A stretch of 64,000 bases of DNA. Origin: Mytilus trossulus (lineage: Eukaryota). The DNA is taken from NCBI RefSeq assembly GCF_036588685.1, contig NC_086377.1, positions 13,702,001-13,766,000 on the forward strand, given 5' to 3'. Position numbers and translations under genes: made by a program. The notes beneath the pieces were generated by a model. It was given only the letters and a program-made list of their open reading frames with translations, had not been told where the DNA came from and ran no database searches. Shown piece after piece: positions 53,601-64,000 of the stretch; positions within the stretch are counted from its first letter, which is position 1; each line of letters opens with the position of its first letter.

Positions 53601-54464
53601 TCATTGTTTATTGTGGTATTACGATCAGCCTGTCGTGTTTCGCCTTGACTTATTTCACATTTTTAATCCGTTTTGTTTTTATCAATTTACTATATACAGT
53701 ATTACAATTTTAATTGTGATCTGGAATTGATTTTAGCAGAAGTTTTTTTTCACATTGGAAATAAATCCAGATTTGATTGCTTTTATTATAATAAATCAAT
53801 TATAAATTCTAATTTTAGGAGACTCGTTGTCACATCATGATGCTATGCTGTTTACTACGTTTGATAGAGACAACGACAAGAGTTCTGCTAACTGTGCTAA
53901 GGTATACCACGGAGGCTGGTGGTACTTAAATTGTCATATTGCTAACCTGAATGGACGTTATCTTTCTGGAACCAGTCCATACGGAGAGGGGATCAATTGG
54001 TATACATGGCATGGCTTCCATTACTCTCTTAAATCAGTGAAAATGATGATTAGAAACTACATTAAAGATTCATACTATCATATTTTGTTCTGTCAAATAC
54101 ATTTCTTATTGCATTGTCATTTGTCTACTACTATATTATGGTCCTCTAGATGTTGTTTGGTTTTTATTCGGTCGACATGTCGTTGTTGCATGTCATAGAC
54201 GTCTTTTATTCATGAATTCAAAATGTCTTGATGCTAAGAAAAATATAACTCGTACTATTTCCAAACAAATACAAATAAGTCATAGAAGATATAAGTAATT
54301 ATACCACACTTTACTGATTAAATCAATGCATATCTGTATTTTTGTGTTAGCTGTTTACATAACAAATGTTTAATGTATAATCAATTAAACCCTTACCCTA
54401 ACCCTAATTCGTATCTTGGGAAAAACAAAATTGTAAAACACTTACGTCTTATGATCTCATCTAT

Positions 54465-54720
54465 AATCAGTGATTTTCGCTTGCAGTATAGTAAGGGGAT
54501 GAATTACAGAAGCTTCACAATCATTGAGATGAAACTGTTCAGTCAATGGTTCAGTTCAGTTCCGTATGCTTCTGATAATGTGCCCTTGTGAATTGTGGGA
54601 CGGTTGAGGTAATCCGTTTGAAGCAGTTGGTTCTTAAGGAAGTTTTGTTTCATCATACCTTTTGCAAAATCATGAAATATTCACCATCTGGTCTTTGCAA
54701 CACAACAACACTAGTTCAAT
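54465..54720 (-). pseudogene. Second decayed paralog of the PTAP/PPPY membrane-protein gene
   Basis: Minus strand VVLQRPDGEYFMILQ / YDETKLP*EPTASNGLPQ / RAHYQKH / SSPYYT aligns to 56172-56435, with a stop and frameshifts. Confidence 0.85.
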
Positions 54721-54844
54721 AAAGTTAGGACCTATAGGTGTTATCTTTTATTTGGTCTCAAGTGGAAGGTTCTCATCGGCAATCAAACCATTTTTTTTAA
54801 ACCACAAAACTCTTGATAATAAAATTAACGGTACCAATTTTCTT

Positions 54845-54888
54845 GCACCAGATGCGCATTTCGACAATACATGTCTCTTCAGTGATGC
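54845..54888 (-). ncRNA. Type I hammerhead ribozyme, second sequence variant (intact)
   Basis: GCAUCA-CUGAAGA-GACA uguau UGUC-GAAAU-gcgc-AUC^UGGUGC. All stems pair and stem III is the palindrome AUGCGCAU. Confidence 0.85.
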
Positions 54889-55186
54889 TCGTGGCCAAAA
54901 TATTTGAAATCCAAAGCTTATATAAAAGATGAAAAGCTATAATCCAAAAGGTCCAAAAAGTACAGACGAAACATATCACCATTTTAACAGTTCTAGTTGT
55001 AGAGTTTATCAATTAAATGAAATTTAGACTGATTTTTTCCGAATTTGACTATAAAATGTGACATATCGATACAGAAACAAGTCTCAATTATTGCATGGGG
55101 ACAATTGGTGACCGTAGGAAATACATGATACAATCTGTCGATAAACTGTACGGTCGAAACGGAAATCACTTGTTAAGGAGAAAATT

Positions 55187-55535
55187 GAGAGCCGTGTTGT
55201 AGTGGTTAGTGCATCGGACTACTAACACAAAGGTTCCTGGTTCGATTCCCGTTTGGGATGAAAATTTCAGGAACTCAATTTTCGGCTCTCCCTTGACACC
55301 ATTTGCGAGTATGGTCTTGAGGAAACGATGATAGTCCGTCGGAAGGGGACGATAAATGGCTGACCCGTGTTAAGAGAGAACCATATCTCTTGCACGTTAA
55401 AGACACCCTTGTAGATTTCGAAAAAGAGTAGGCTAATGCCGCTACAAGGCAGCACTCGCACCCGCAAAGTGGAAAGGGATTAATATAAGTTGCAAAACTT
55501 GTTTCCTAATCCACTATAAATAAATATGTTTAAAC
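55187..55535 (+). mobile_element. tRNA-derived SINE with Deu/Nin-like central domain and 13-bp TSD
   Basis: A box tagtggttag (55201) and B box ggttcgattcc (55239). The core reads gacgataaa...cccgtg...gcacgttaaaga. TSD taaggagaaaatt at 55174-55186 and 55536-55548. Confidence 0.88.
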
Positions 55536-55707
55536 TAAGGAGAAAATTTACACATTTATTCATCCCATTACAATTCCATTAGGTTTATCAAGCATTTTTA
55601 CCTGTTTTATTAAAGAAGAAAAAAAACTTTATATTAGTAATAGCAATAGTATTTGCAATATGAGTTGTTAAAGGACCATTTATTTAAATAAGTAATGTTT
55701 AGTTTAA

Positions 55708-55885
55708 ATGGCTACCTTTACTATCTTAATTCAGCGAAAATGATAATCAGAACACTACATTTAAGATTTGTATTATCATGTATCTTTTTTATATATTTTT
55801 CATTGCATAATCATTTGTCAATTACGGTCCTCAAGAGGTCATTAATTTGCATTGGGTCGTTTGGTTGCTGCGTCATTGACGAATA
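55708..55885 (+). pseudogene. 3' stump of a fourth FReD lectin gene
   Basis: NGYLYYLNSAKMIIRTLH matches [18 protein letters not shown], and the following ~120 nt align with the 3' UTRs of genes A and C. Confidence 0.75.
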
Positions 55886-56171
55886 GCCAACGTCACTTTT
55901 TATACATGAAATGAAATCACATGGTATCAATTCCCGATAATAATAAATAAGACGTTGTATGATTTTTCCAAAGTATACAAATAATGCATAATAGATATAA
56001 GTAATAATTCCAAAATGTAATGCTAAAATCAATACATCACTGTATATTTTGTAGATTGTATATATATGATACATAATAAATGTGTACTTTATTATCAATT
56101 ATATGAAACTTTGCATATTCGAAAGAAACACAAATACTGTAAAAAGCTCAAATCCTATATCTCAACTTAAG

Positions 56172-57844
56172 TCAATGATGTACGCCTGGAGTGTAGTACG
56201 GTGGAGGATTTGCAGTTGCTCCAAAATCGATGAGATGTGATTGCTCAGTCGATGGTGCAGTTGGTTGCGCATGCGTCTGATAATGTGCCCTTGTAAATTG
56301 AGGGACGAAATGTAAGGGCTGTGGTAATCCGTTAGAAGCAGTTGGTTGTTTAGGAAGTTTTGTTGCATCATACTCTTGCAAAATCCGGAAATATTCACCG
56401 TCAGGACTTTGAAGCACAACAAGTCCTGGTTCGATCTCATGGGCATAGCATGGCACTAACGGAATTTGTTGTCTTGCTGGAGTTATCGTCGTCCCCGGCG
56501 AATCTTCGTCACATTTACAACACCTCCATAGGTATACCAAAAGTACAATAATCATAACGAAACCAATTAACACGACTAACACGTTCTGGTTATTGTACTC
56601 CTCCCATCTGAAATGGACATTAATTTGTAAATATTTGCACAGTTACTTTTCCGACATCTAGCATTCTTTTAATTAATTTGTTTTAATAATAAAATTGTAT
56701 TTTAAAAATGAATCAAACCAACGGTAAAGTTGGGGTTAGGAATATATAAAAATAAGAAGATGTGGTATGAATGAGACAACTATCCACCAAAGTTGGTGTT
56801 CATTATGACAAGTATACTTATTCCTTTAACTCTTAAAGTCTGAAATATAGGATAGAAATGAATGATATTCATGACATGAAAGCAGTAAGGTTTGTTACGC
56901 CAAATTTTGTTTTCTAAATGCTAGTATTCATTGTATTAATTGTGCCAATATTCGGAACTCATTTACGTCAATTTTCCTGTACACATACATGTATCTATCA
57001 TACATATTAATGATTAATAAATATTTATTCTTATTTTTGGCTTATAATGAACCATTCATGCAATAATTGTTACACTAATCTCAATACTGAAGGAATGTAT
57101 TCAAACACAATACAATAATCCGCGTATAATTTATTCAGTTCATCTTCAACACATTATGAAACGTATACAATTTCCTGTAAGTTTTAAAAACCAAACTAAC
57201 ATGAAAACCAATGAGTGATGGAAATCGATTTAGTATAAGAAAATGTGGAATTTTTCATTATAATAGTTTGATTTCAAACAAGAGCATTATGGTTTAAAGT
57301 CTTTATTTGAGATTTACCGACCGTTTTTGCTAAGTACTGTGGAGCTTGACAGAAACTGAATGGATTTCTCTCTTATTTTTTGAAGATATTTTCAAAGGCA
57401 ATTTCAATGTCAAATATAGGCTCCAAGATATGTAAGTGTCTCCAATAATATGCATAAAGAAAACGATATGATAGAGATTAAATTATTGTGTATGAACAAT
57501 GTATATGTGGTCCGATGGTAGATTTTTTTAAAAAGTATTCTATTAAATGTATAAAAATGAAGGAAGAGATTAGTCATTTTCCTACTATTTGGCGTAATCT
57601 TAAACTAGTATTTTAAATTTTACGCATATGATATTATGTAATTTTAAAACAAGTGCCGCAAACGTAGCATTAGCGAAAAATGTTGTGGCGCAAAAGGACG
57701 CATTTTTGGCGCAAACTGATTTCTCCCCCTAGTATTTTGTTCGCTTTAAAATTCCAAAACAATTTCAAAAAGATGAAAATTGAAAAGAAGAAAAAATGTA
57801 AACTAATCTAAAAACACTTACGAATCAAGATAGTAATCTCCCAT
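56172..57844 (-). CDS. Small single-pass membrane protein (152 aa) with juxtamembrane CCKC and cytoplasmic PTAP and PPPY motifs
   Basis: Exons 57844-57822 (MGDYYLDS; in-frame TGA just upstream of the ATG; donor gtaagt) and 56607-56172 (acceptor tttcag), 459 nt in total. TM segment VLVVLIGFVMIIVLLVYLW. Two decayed paralogs in the window. The true N-terminus is less certain. Confidence 0.75.
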
Positions 57845-57971
57845 TCTTCACTTTTTTTCTTCCTGAATAATAAAAATGCAAGTAAATGTTTTTTTTTTTT
57901 CAGAAACAATACATCTGTGCTGCTTATTATTATTTTTAATTAAAAATTGAAAAATACCGTCAAAATATAAC

Positions 57972-58253
57972 CACTGGTGTTAAACTAATAATCGTAACTA
58001 AAATTACGACGATCCCAATATGGCGACAGCAGAAATTGGTAAATTATTTTCAGTATTTTTTTTCTCAAATATAGCCTGTTCTTGTCAAGAATTACTCAGC
58101 TGCAAGGGTTTTCTATACCATAACCATCATATTTGAAGCGTATCGGTGCACTATAATTGTCTAAGCGCTCAAGAAAATGATTTTACCAATTTCTGCCGTC
58201 GCCATATTGGGATTGTCGTTATTCAAGTCACGATTATCAGTTTTACACCAGTG
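57972..58253. mobile_element. MITE with ~80-bp TIRs, CAC...GTG ends and 5-bp TSD (Transib-like)
   Basis: ataac|cactggtgttaaactaataatcg...cccaatatggcgacagcagaaattggtaaa ... tttaccaatttctgccgtcgccatattggg...cgattatcagttttacaccagtg|ataac. Confidence 0.85.
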
Positions 58254-61200
58254 ATAACTGAACAATCACATCTATTTAATAATCCATAACTAGAAGTATT
58301 AACATACCATTAAAATTCATCACTGTACTCGTGAGGGTTAATGCAACAATGTATCATTAAACAACTCGCTTTCAAGATAAGAGTAAAAACAGAATGTTTA
58401 CCATCTATGGTTCGACAAATAGTCCAGCAGTACATAGATGAGTTTTATTCAAGTCAATAGTTTTCTTTTCTTCTATCCTCTTCCTGAACATGCATGAACT
58501 ATTTGCCACTGGACGTTAAGCAACCAACAATTAATCAATCAATCGTAATATATTCCATAGTCAATAGTTTTTTTTAATTTTAATTAGTATTTTGTCATTG
58601 AGTACATTCAGATGATGTATCTGTCAAAAAAAGCATGAACACCATCAGTGGTTGTCTTTGTTTGCTAATTCGCTGTTTCATCTAGAAATGTTTAGGTTCG
58701 AGTGTTCCTGATCCAGAAATAGCACTTCGTACGCAAACAAAAATATCAAGTGTTTATTTTCGTTCAGGGTAAAGACTATTGAGTCTTTCATTATTCTATC
58801 ATTGTTCTTTCTACGAAATGAAAATAGTGTCAAGTCAGTGATCTTATTTCTATTGTTTATGACATTGTAAGCTGATTATAATCAAGACTTTTTGAAATAT
58901 TACCCATAATGCTTTAGATAGGGTTGTGTAGCTAATTTTGGTACATTTGGGGACTATAGTTTGACTGCGAGAATAGCGAACAGAATCACAACAAGTTCTA
59001 TTATGTCTTAGCTATTGTCTTCTCTGCATTAAAAAAATACCTAAGTAAAATCTCAAAACACCACTGTTTCATAAAAATTCACATTATCAACATTTTGTAA
59101 TATCAAAACCGCTTACTACAGGTGAACATTTAAATATTATTGTTTTGACAGCTGTTCTATCATTTTCACCTACTGAAATATCGATTGCTGTACTGTTTCT
59201 TATCACCATCACGACCTTCTAAAACTGATTTTAACAAAATATCAAAAAATGGAGGGTGACGTTTGTATTTTAAGGAAATGAAAAGTATCGATGTGCTAAA
59301 AGTGCTTAAATAACAAACGGAATATGAAAAATAATCCTTTATTTTATTTTTAGGCCAATGCAGATTAACCGTTGTACATCTCTAAAAAGTTATTTTTTAA
59401 ACATTAAAACAATGCATCCATGTTTGATTTTACAAAATTTATAAAGGTATGTCATGAAAAAATGATCGGAAAACTAATTAATGAAAAAAATAACTTACTT
59501 TCTATACATGTACGTTTACTTCACCATTAATTTATGTGATATGTATTGAACGAGAACACATGTTGCAGATGAAATATACAATTCATTATTACAAAATCAA
59601 TGAGGGAAATATTTGTCGAATTAATCATTGATTTGAGCATTTAGTTTGTTTTTCTTTTATATCATTATGGTGTTTTTTACTAAAAGATTGCAAAAGTACT
59701 TTTTATCATTACTTATTGAACTTTTTGAAATATATTACGTGTTTAATTCAAAGGTTTCTAGTTATACTTTTGTTTTTTATACTTTATATGATTCATCATG
59801 TTAACATTGCTGTTTAATCCATATGTATAAATTCAATAAACGCTGACGAAAAGGAAACACATTTAAAACTATGTTCGATATTAGGTATGTCAGAGATCGT
59901 CATAACATACTAAACACATATAATATCCCCCTTCCCCCCTTTCCCCTAAACTTATAGCCTTAAAAGGCTCTAAATTTAATCAGCCGGGCTCATAATTCGA
60001 GTGTATAAGCTGAAGTCAAATCGAGCTTTAAGATATTTTGTCATATCAAACCGAATTTTGTCCGTTTTTTTACTCCTCCACAATAATGATTAACTTTCAA
60101 ATTGTTTGCGAAACATCGCAACCGTTCAAAAAAATAAGCATAAATTGCATCATTAAGACGCTTACACATAATCTCGTCAACCAGTAGTTGTCAATTTTAA
60201 GCCAGTTAGCTTTCACTTGCAGAGCGTAGCGAGCCTTCGACAGAGAAAAAAATCGCCTGTTTTATGGCGCATACGCTTCAAGCTATTCAAGCTAAAAAAA
60301 AAAAGGATTAGCCAAGCTGAACAAGTTTTTTATCAGCTGCCAAATGCCATTTTTCAGAAAAACTTTGAAATCTTTTAATTTAAGAATATATATCACCAAT
60401 ATGGCATTAGGGCAATGATAATAGCTACAAATAAAAAACTATATACATTTGTATCAGTTATTCTTTGAAATATTGTAGTTTACTTCTTAAATTGGATTTT
60501 ATAAAATTTAGAATTGAAATGGGGTTGTGTCAAAGAGACAACAACCCGACCATAGATCAAATAACAGCAGAAGGTCACCAACAGGTCCTGAATGCAGCGA
60601 GAATTCCCACACTTGGAGGCGTCCTTCAGCTGGCCCATAAACAAATATAAAAATATTTATTGTTTCTGTGTTTATATAAAAAGTTATTATATTTAACCGT
60701 GCATTTAATAATTTATAAATTTGGTGCGTCCGAAGCGCCGTCCTTTATCGGTAATGTTCACACCCAAACAGTTGAAAACCAACTCACAGATCTCTATATG
60801 TGAATATGCTAGGAGCTGTATGACTAAAAGGGACATAAAAAGAATACTTCTAACCAAGACCGCGAAAGTCAACTTTATCTGTTTTATTTTAATCTTTTTT
60901 ACAAGGTCAATGGAAATATAGTTAAAAAAGACAACTTAGATTAAACTGGCTCCACCGTCATTATTCTTTTTTTTAAAGCTGAACCTTCGTTTCTCTTGAG
61001 CGTAACGGCCACTTCAAACTTCAAGTTAATAAGTGTAGTATATTATATAGCACTAGGACAGTGTACTAAGTCTAGTAGTTACAGTACGTACATTTCAGTT
61101 CATTAGATGAACTTTTATTTCATTGATAGCTTTCATTAAGGTATGAATGAGTGGGTACTTTATTTATTCTTTTTATAATTCTTTTAGTTCTTCTCTATTC

Positions 61201-63842
61201 TTTATTTATTTTTGCGCCTATTCCTCTATTCATTATATTTAAGCACCCAATCTCAATTCTATTACTATATATATTGACCTATTTTTACGCCCGATTTATG
61301 GGCATTATGTTTTCTGTTCTGTGCGTCTGTTCGTCCGTATGTCGTTTGTCCGTTCGTCCGTTCGATAATGCGTTATTTCGTCCGTCTGTCCTCTTACGAA
61401 CGAACGGACGGACATACTAGAAAACATAATGCCCCTGTACTATCGTAGGTGGGGCAAAAAAATACCAAGGTAACACATTAGGCTGTTCTGTAAATACTAA
61501 TAACAGTTTTTATTGATTGTCTTGATTCATTGTTTGATTGTGTTGTTATTGTTAATTTAGAGATAAGTTAACAGTTTTAACTGAGGTCATATATTATAGA
61601 AAAGTATTTACAAAACTGTTTATGTATCTCCCCTAATCTCACACATGTTATTGTTATTTATTTTTTACCGATTTTTCTATATTCTTTAAAGATTTTGCCC
61701 GTTTTATTCTTCTCCTACTTTGGTCATTTTGAACCATATTTCTGTAGACCCTTTCTCTCAATAATATTACAAATTCTAAAACATATTAGTTAAAACATAG
61801 GCTGTACTGTAAACAATATTTTTATTGATTATTTTGATTCACTGTTTTATTGTATTTTTATTGTTGATTTAAATATAACTGAGGTCAAATGTTATAGAAT
61901 ATCATTGACAAAAACTGTTACAGTATACATCCACCCTACTCTGACACATACTATGGGTGTTATTGCTATTCGTTACTGCCTTTAGATAAAGATGAAAAAG
62001 GCGTTTTATAGCCTTGTTTACAAAGTTTCAGTCTTCAAAATTAGCTTTGGGTCGTAACTGGGATTTTTTTTTAATTCCGTTTACAATGTTTTGTCTACGA
62101 CCAGCTACGAACTTAAATGTTCAGGTAAATCGGTCAGTTCATATTTGATCATATCTATGGACTATTATTGTACTTTAAAGTACGTAGACGTTTATAATAT
62201 TCTAGCGGTTTTTATTACTTTTTCAACTTTTTCATAATTATATTTTTGAAAATTAGTTTTTAACGTAATCAGAGTTCAATAGTTTTATGATATTGTCTTT
62301 AGTTTTAATTTGGTCTTATAGTTTTGATTTACATTTTGATGTCGAATTTCAGCATTTAAAACTTTCAAGTGATAAAATATTTGAGGTTTGCTTTACGTCC
62401 AGTCGCAAATATTTCACACGATGAATATAAACAAACGGAATTGAAATCACTTACGGACCCTAAGATAACAGATAAAATGAGTCCCTTTCGTGCTGAGATC
62501 GTCGCACTGTCTGTACACGATTCATCTCTAATTTTTCCCTTTTTAACGGACGTGTGCGTTCTTAAACATACAATACAGACACATGTTTTTACTGTCATTC
62601 GGGAGAAGACCTTTAGTGACCAAATTTATATTCCTAGTCACCCAAGGGGGGGGGGGGGGATAAAAAAAAGTTGCATGATGCTATCCACATTCTTATGTAA
62701 TGATTATGCATTCTGTACCAAGGAAAGTGTATAGCAACTAATTGCTTTTACATTATCTTATCGGGGCCTTTTATAGCTGACTATGCGGTATGGGCTTTGC
62801 TCATTGTTGAAGGCCGTACGGTGACCTATAGTTGTTAATGTTTGTGTCATTGTGGTCTTTTGTGGATAGTTGTCTCATTGGCAATCATATCACATCTTCT
62901 TTTTTATAAGTTTTCTATCGAAACTGTCAAGAAAGTAAACGATTCCGTGCTAATAGGGTAAACTTGTACCTCGTACAAATAAGTTCAAAATTTTTATGAC
63001 ATTGTACTAAGTATAATAAAGAGACGATTGTCAATATGATAACTATCTACAAACAAATCAAGAAAGTTCTATATACATATCCGGGGTTCAACGACCACCC
63101 GTAAAAGTACGAATTGCGTGTACTGCATTATATAGCCTTGGAATGCACTGGTAAACAAAAATATAAAAAATCAATTTATAGTCAAGATTTATCCGTCTTG
63201 CAGACAGTTTTCTTCAAATTTGAATAGTAAATTACTTAGTCATAATATGCTTCCCGATTTTTACGAACCAAAAAAATGGCATTGACGTATTTCAGAAAAT
63301 TCCAAACAGTCCTCGTGGTCTTGTTTACCATATAATTAGACAAATTTCGTCAACAAAATTATGCCAGGAGGTAATAGTTTACAATATCAGACCGCAAAGA
63401 TAGTGAATAATCCCCGGGCAATAATACGATTATCCGTAAATATCAATAAATTTACAAATGTTTACCATAGCCGAAATCTGAGACGATATGAGCAGTTTAT
63501 AATTTGTAATTTCACAAAACCGCATGTAAAAATTTAAATTTTACATTGTTCTTTAACACTAGTAGATGCTATTATAGTTTTTACTGCTAGCATATTCTTG
63601 ATATATTGTAAACACAGTCTGCAGCGTTTTGCACTCGCTATATATACTCCAGTGATTTGTAAATCAAAAGTTGACCAGAAGATTTATATTTCAAGTACTT
63701 TTATACTGAAGCATCCAACAGAGTAAACGATCGGGAGCAAAATTATTACTCGTATCTGGATAAACAAGAAGACCACGTGATGTAAAGAGACCACCTAGCT
63801 CAATCTCTATTTGTGTGCAAAAAAAATAAGTAAAAATAATCA

Positions 63843-63933
63843 ATGAGACTAATAACATTGTTAGGTTGTGTTATGCTGGTGTGTATGCTTGAGGCAGCGC
63901 CATCTGGAAGTGTGGACGGTAACAAACAAAATG
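63843..63933 (+). CDS. First coding exon (signal peptide) of a secreted protein continuing beyond the window
   Basis: MRLITLLGCVMLVCMLEA|APSGSVDGNKQN followed by a phase-1 donor G|gtaaga; TATA-like tatatata at 63639. Confidence 0.7.
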
Positions 63934-64000
63934 GTAAGATTTACTATATTTTTTTCAACTATTTTTTTAACCGGATTGTACCATAAGCATTTAGTATTAC

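Larger units (their letters stand above)
45636..54198 (+). pseudogene. Gene C: three-finger + FReD lectin pseudogene
   Basis: Exons 45636-45696, 46969-47051, 47350-47421, 47904-48036, 49034-49164, 49754-49850, 52770-52934 and 53819-~54065. Lesions: in-frame TGA at 47010-47012 (CGA in A and B), a 1-bp deletion near 54055 that bypasses the ancestral TAA at 54063, and an extra exon-5 copy at 50509-50639. Confidence 0.88.

Noticed and set aside
54066-54198. Cys-rich C-terminal extension of gene C as a new domain
   Set aside because: It is 3' UTR sequence homologous to gene A's UTR, read through because of a 1-bp deletion.
55187-55260. tRNA gene
   Set aside because: A and B boxes are present, but the sequence continues into a SINE body with TSDs and lacks a proper acceptor stem. 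The 44900-44985 head likewise lacks a cloverleaf.
48860-58735. Additional hammerhead-like remnants (ggtgagggtaaaaccagaaaagcgcttc at ~48869; cctgatccagaaatagcacttc at ~58707)
   Set aside because: The CUGANGA core or stem II is missing, so they are too decayed to call.

Overview
AT-rich, intron-containing eukaryotic DNA whose repeats look like those of a bivalve, most likely Mytilus (inference). The window holds a tandem cluster of secreted fibrinogen-related (FReD) lectin genes on the + strand. Each has an N-terminal 12-Cys three-finger (Ly6/uPAR-like) domain. Gene A (2456-13206) has its leader exon upstream of the window and an open frame. Gene B (30417-43820) has 8 exons, is intact and encodes 331 aa. 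Gene C (45636-54198) is a pseudogene, and a fourth copy survives only as a 3' stump (~55708). A small convergent membrane-protein gene with PTAP and PPPY motifs was co-duplicated with the lectins: intact at 56172-57844 (-), decayed at ~13580-14140 and ~54465-54720. A 3-exon FAMeT-domain/mucin-stalk membrane protein gene lies at 17241-20875 (-), and the leader exon of another secreted protein starts at 63843. Non-coding features include retrozyme-like ~360-bp repeats with type I hammerhead ribozymes (two variants with compensatory base changes), satellites that appear to have grown out of one exon's splice junctions, an exon copy inserted between 21-bp direct repeats, two 5'-truncated LINEs, tRNA-derived SINEs, Tc1 and Penelope fragments and many MITEs. 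All gene models were built by eye from splice signals, phase and paralog comparison; no database search was run.
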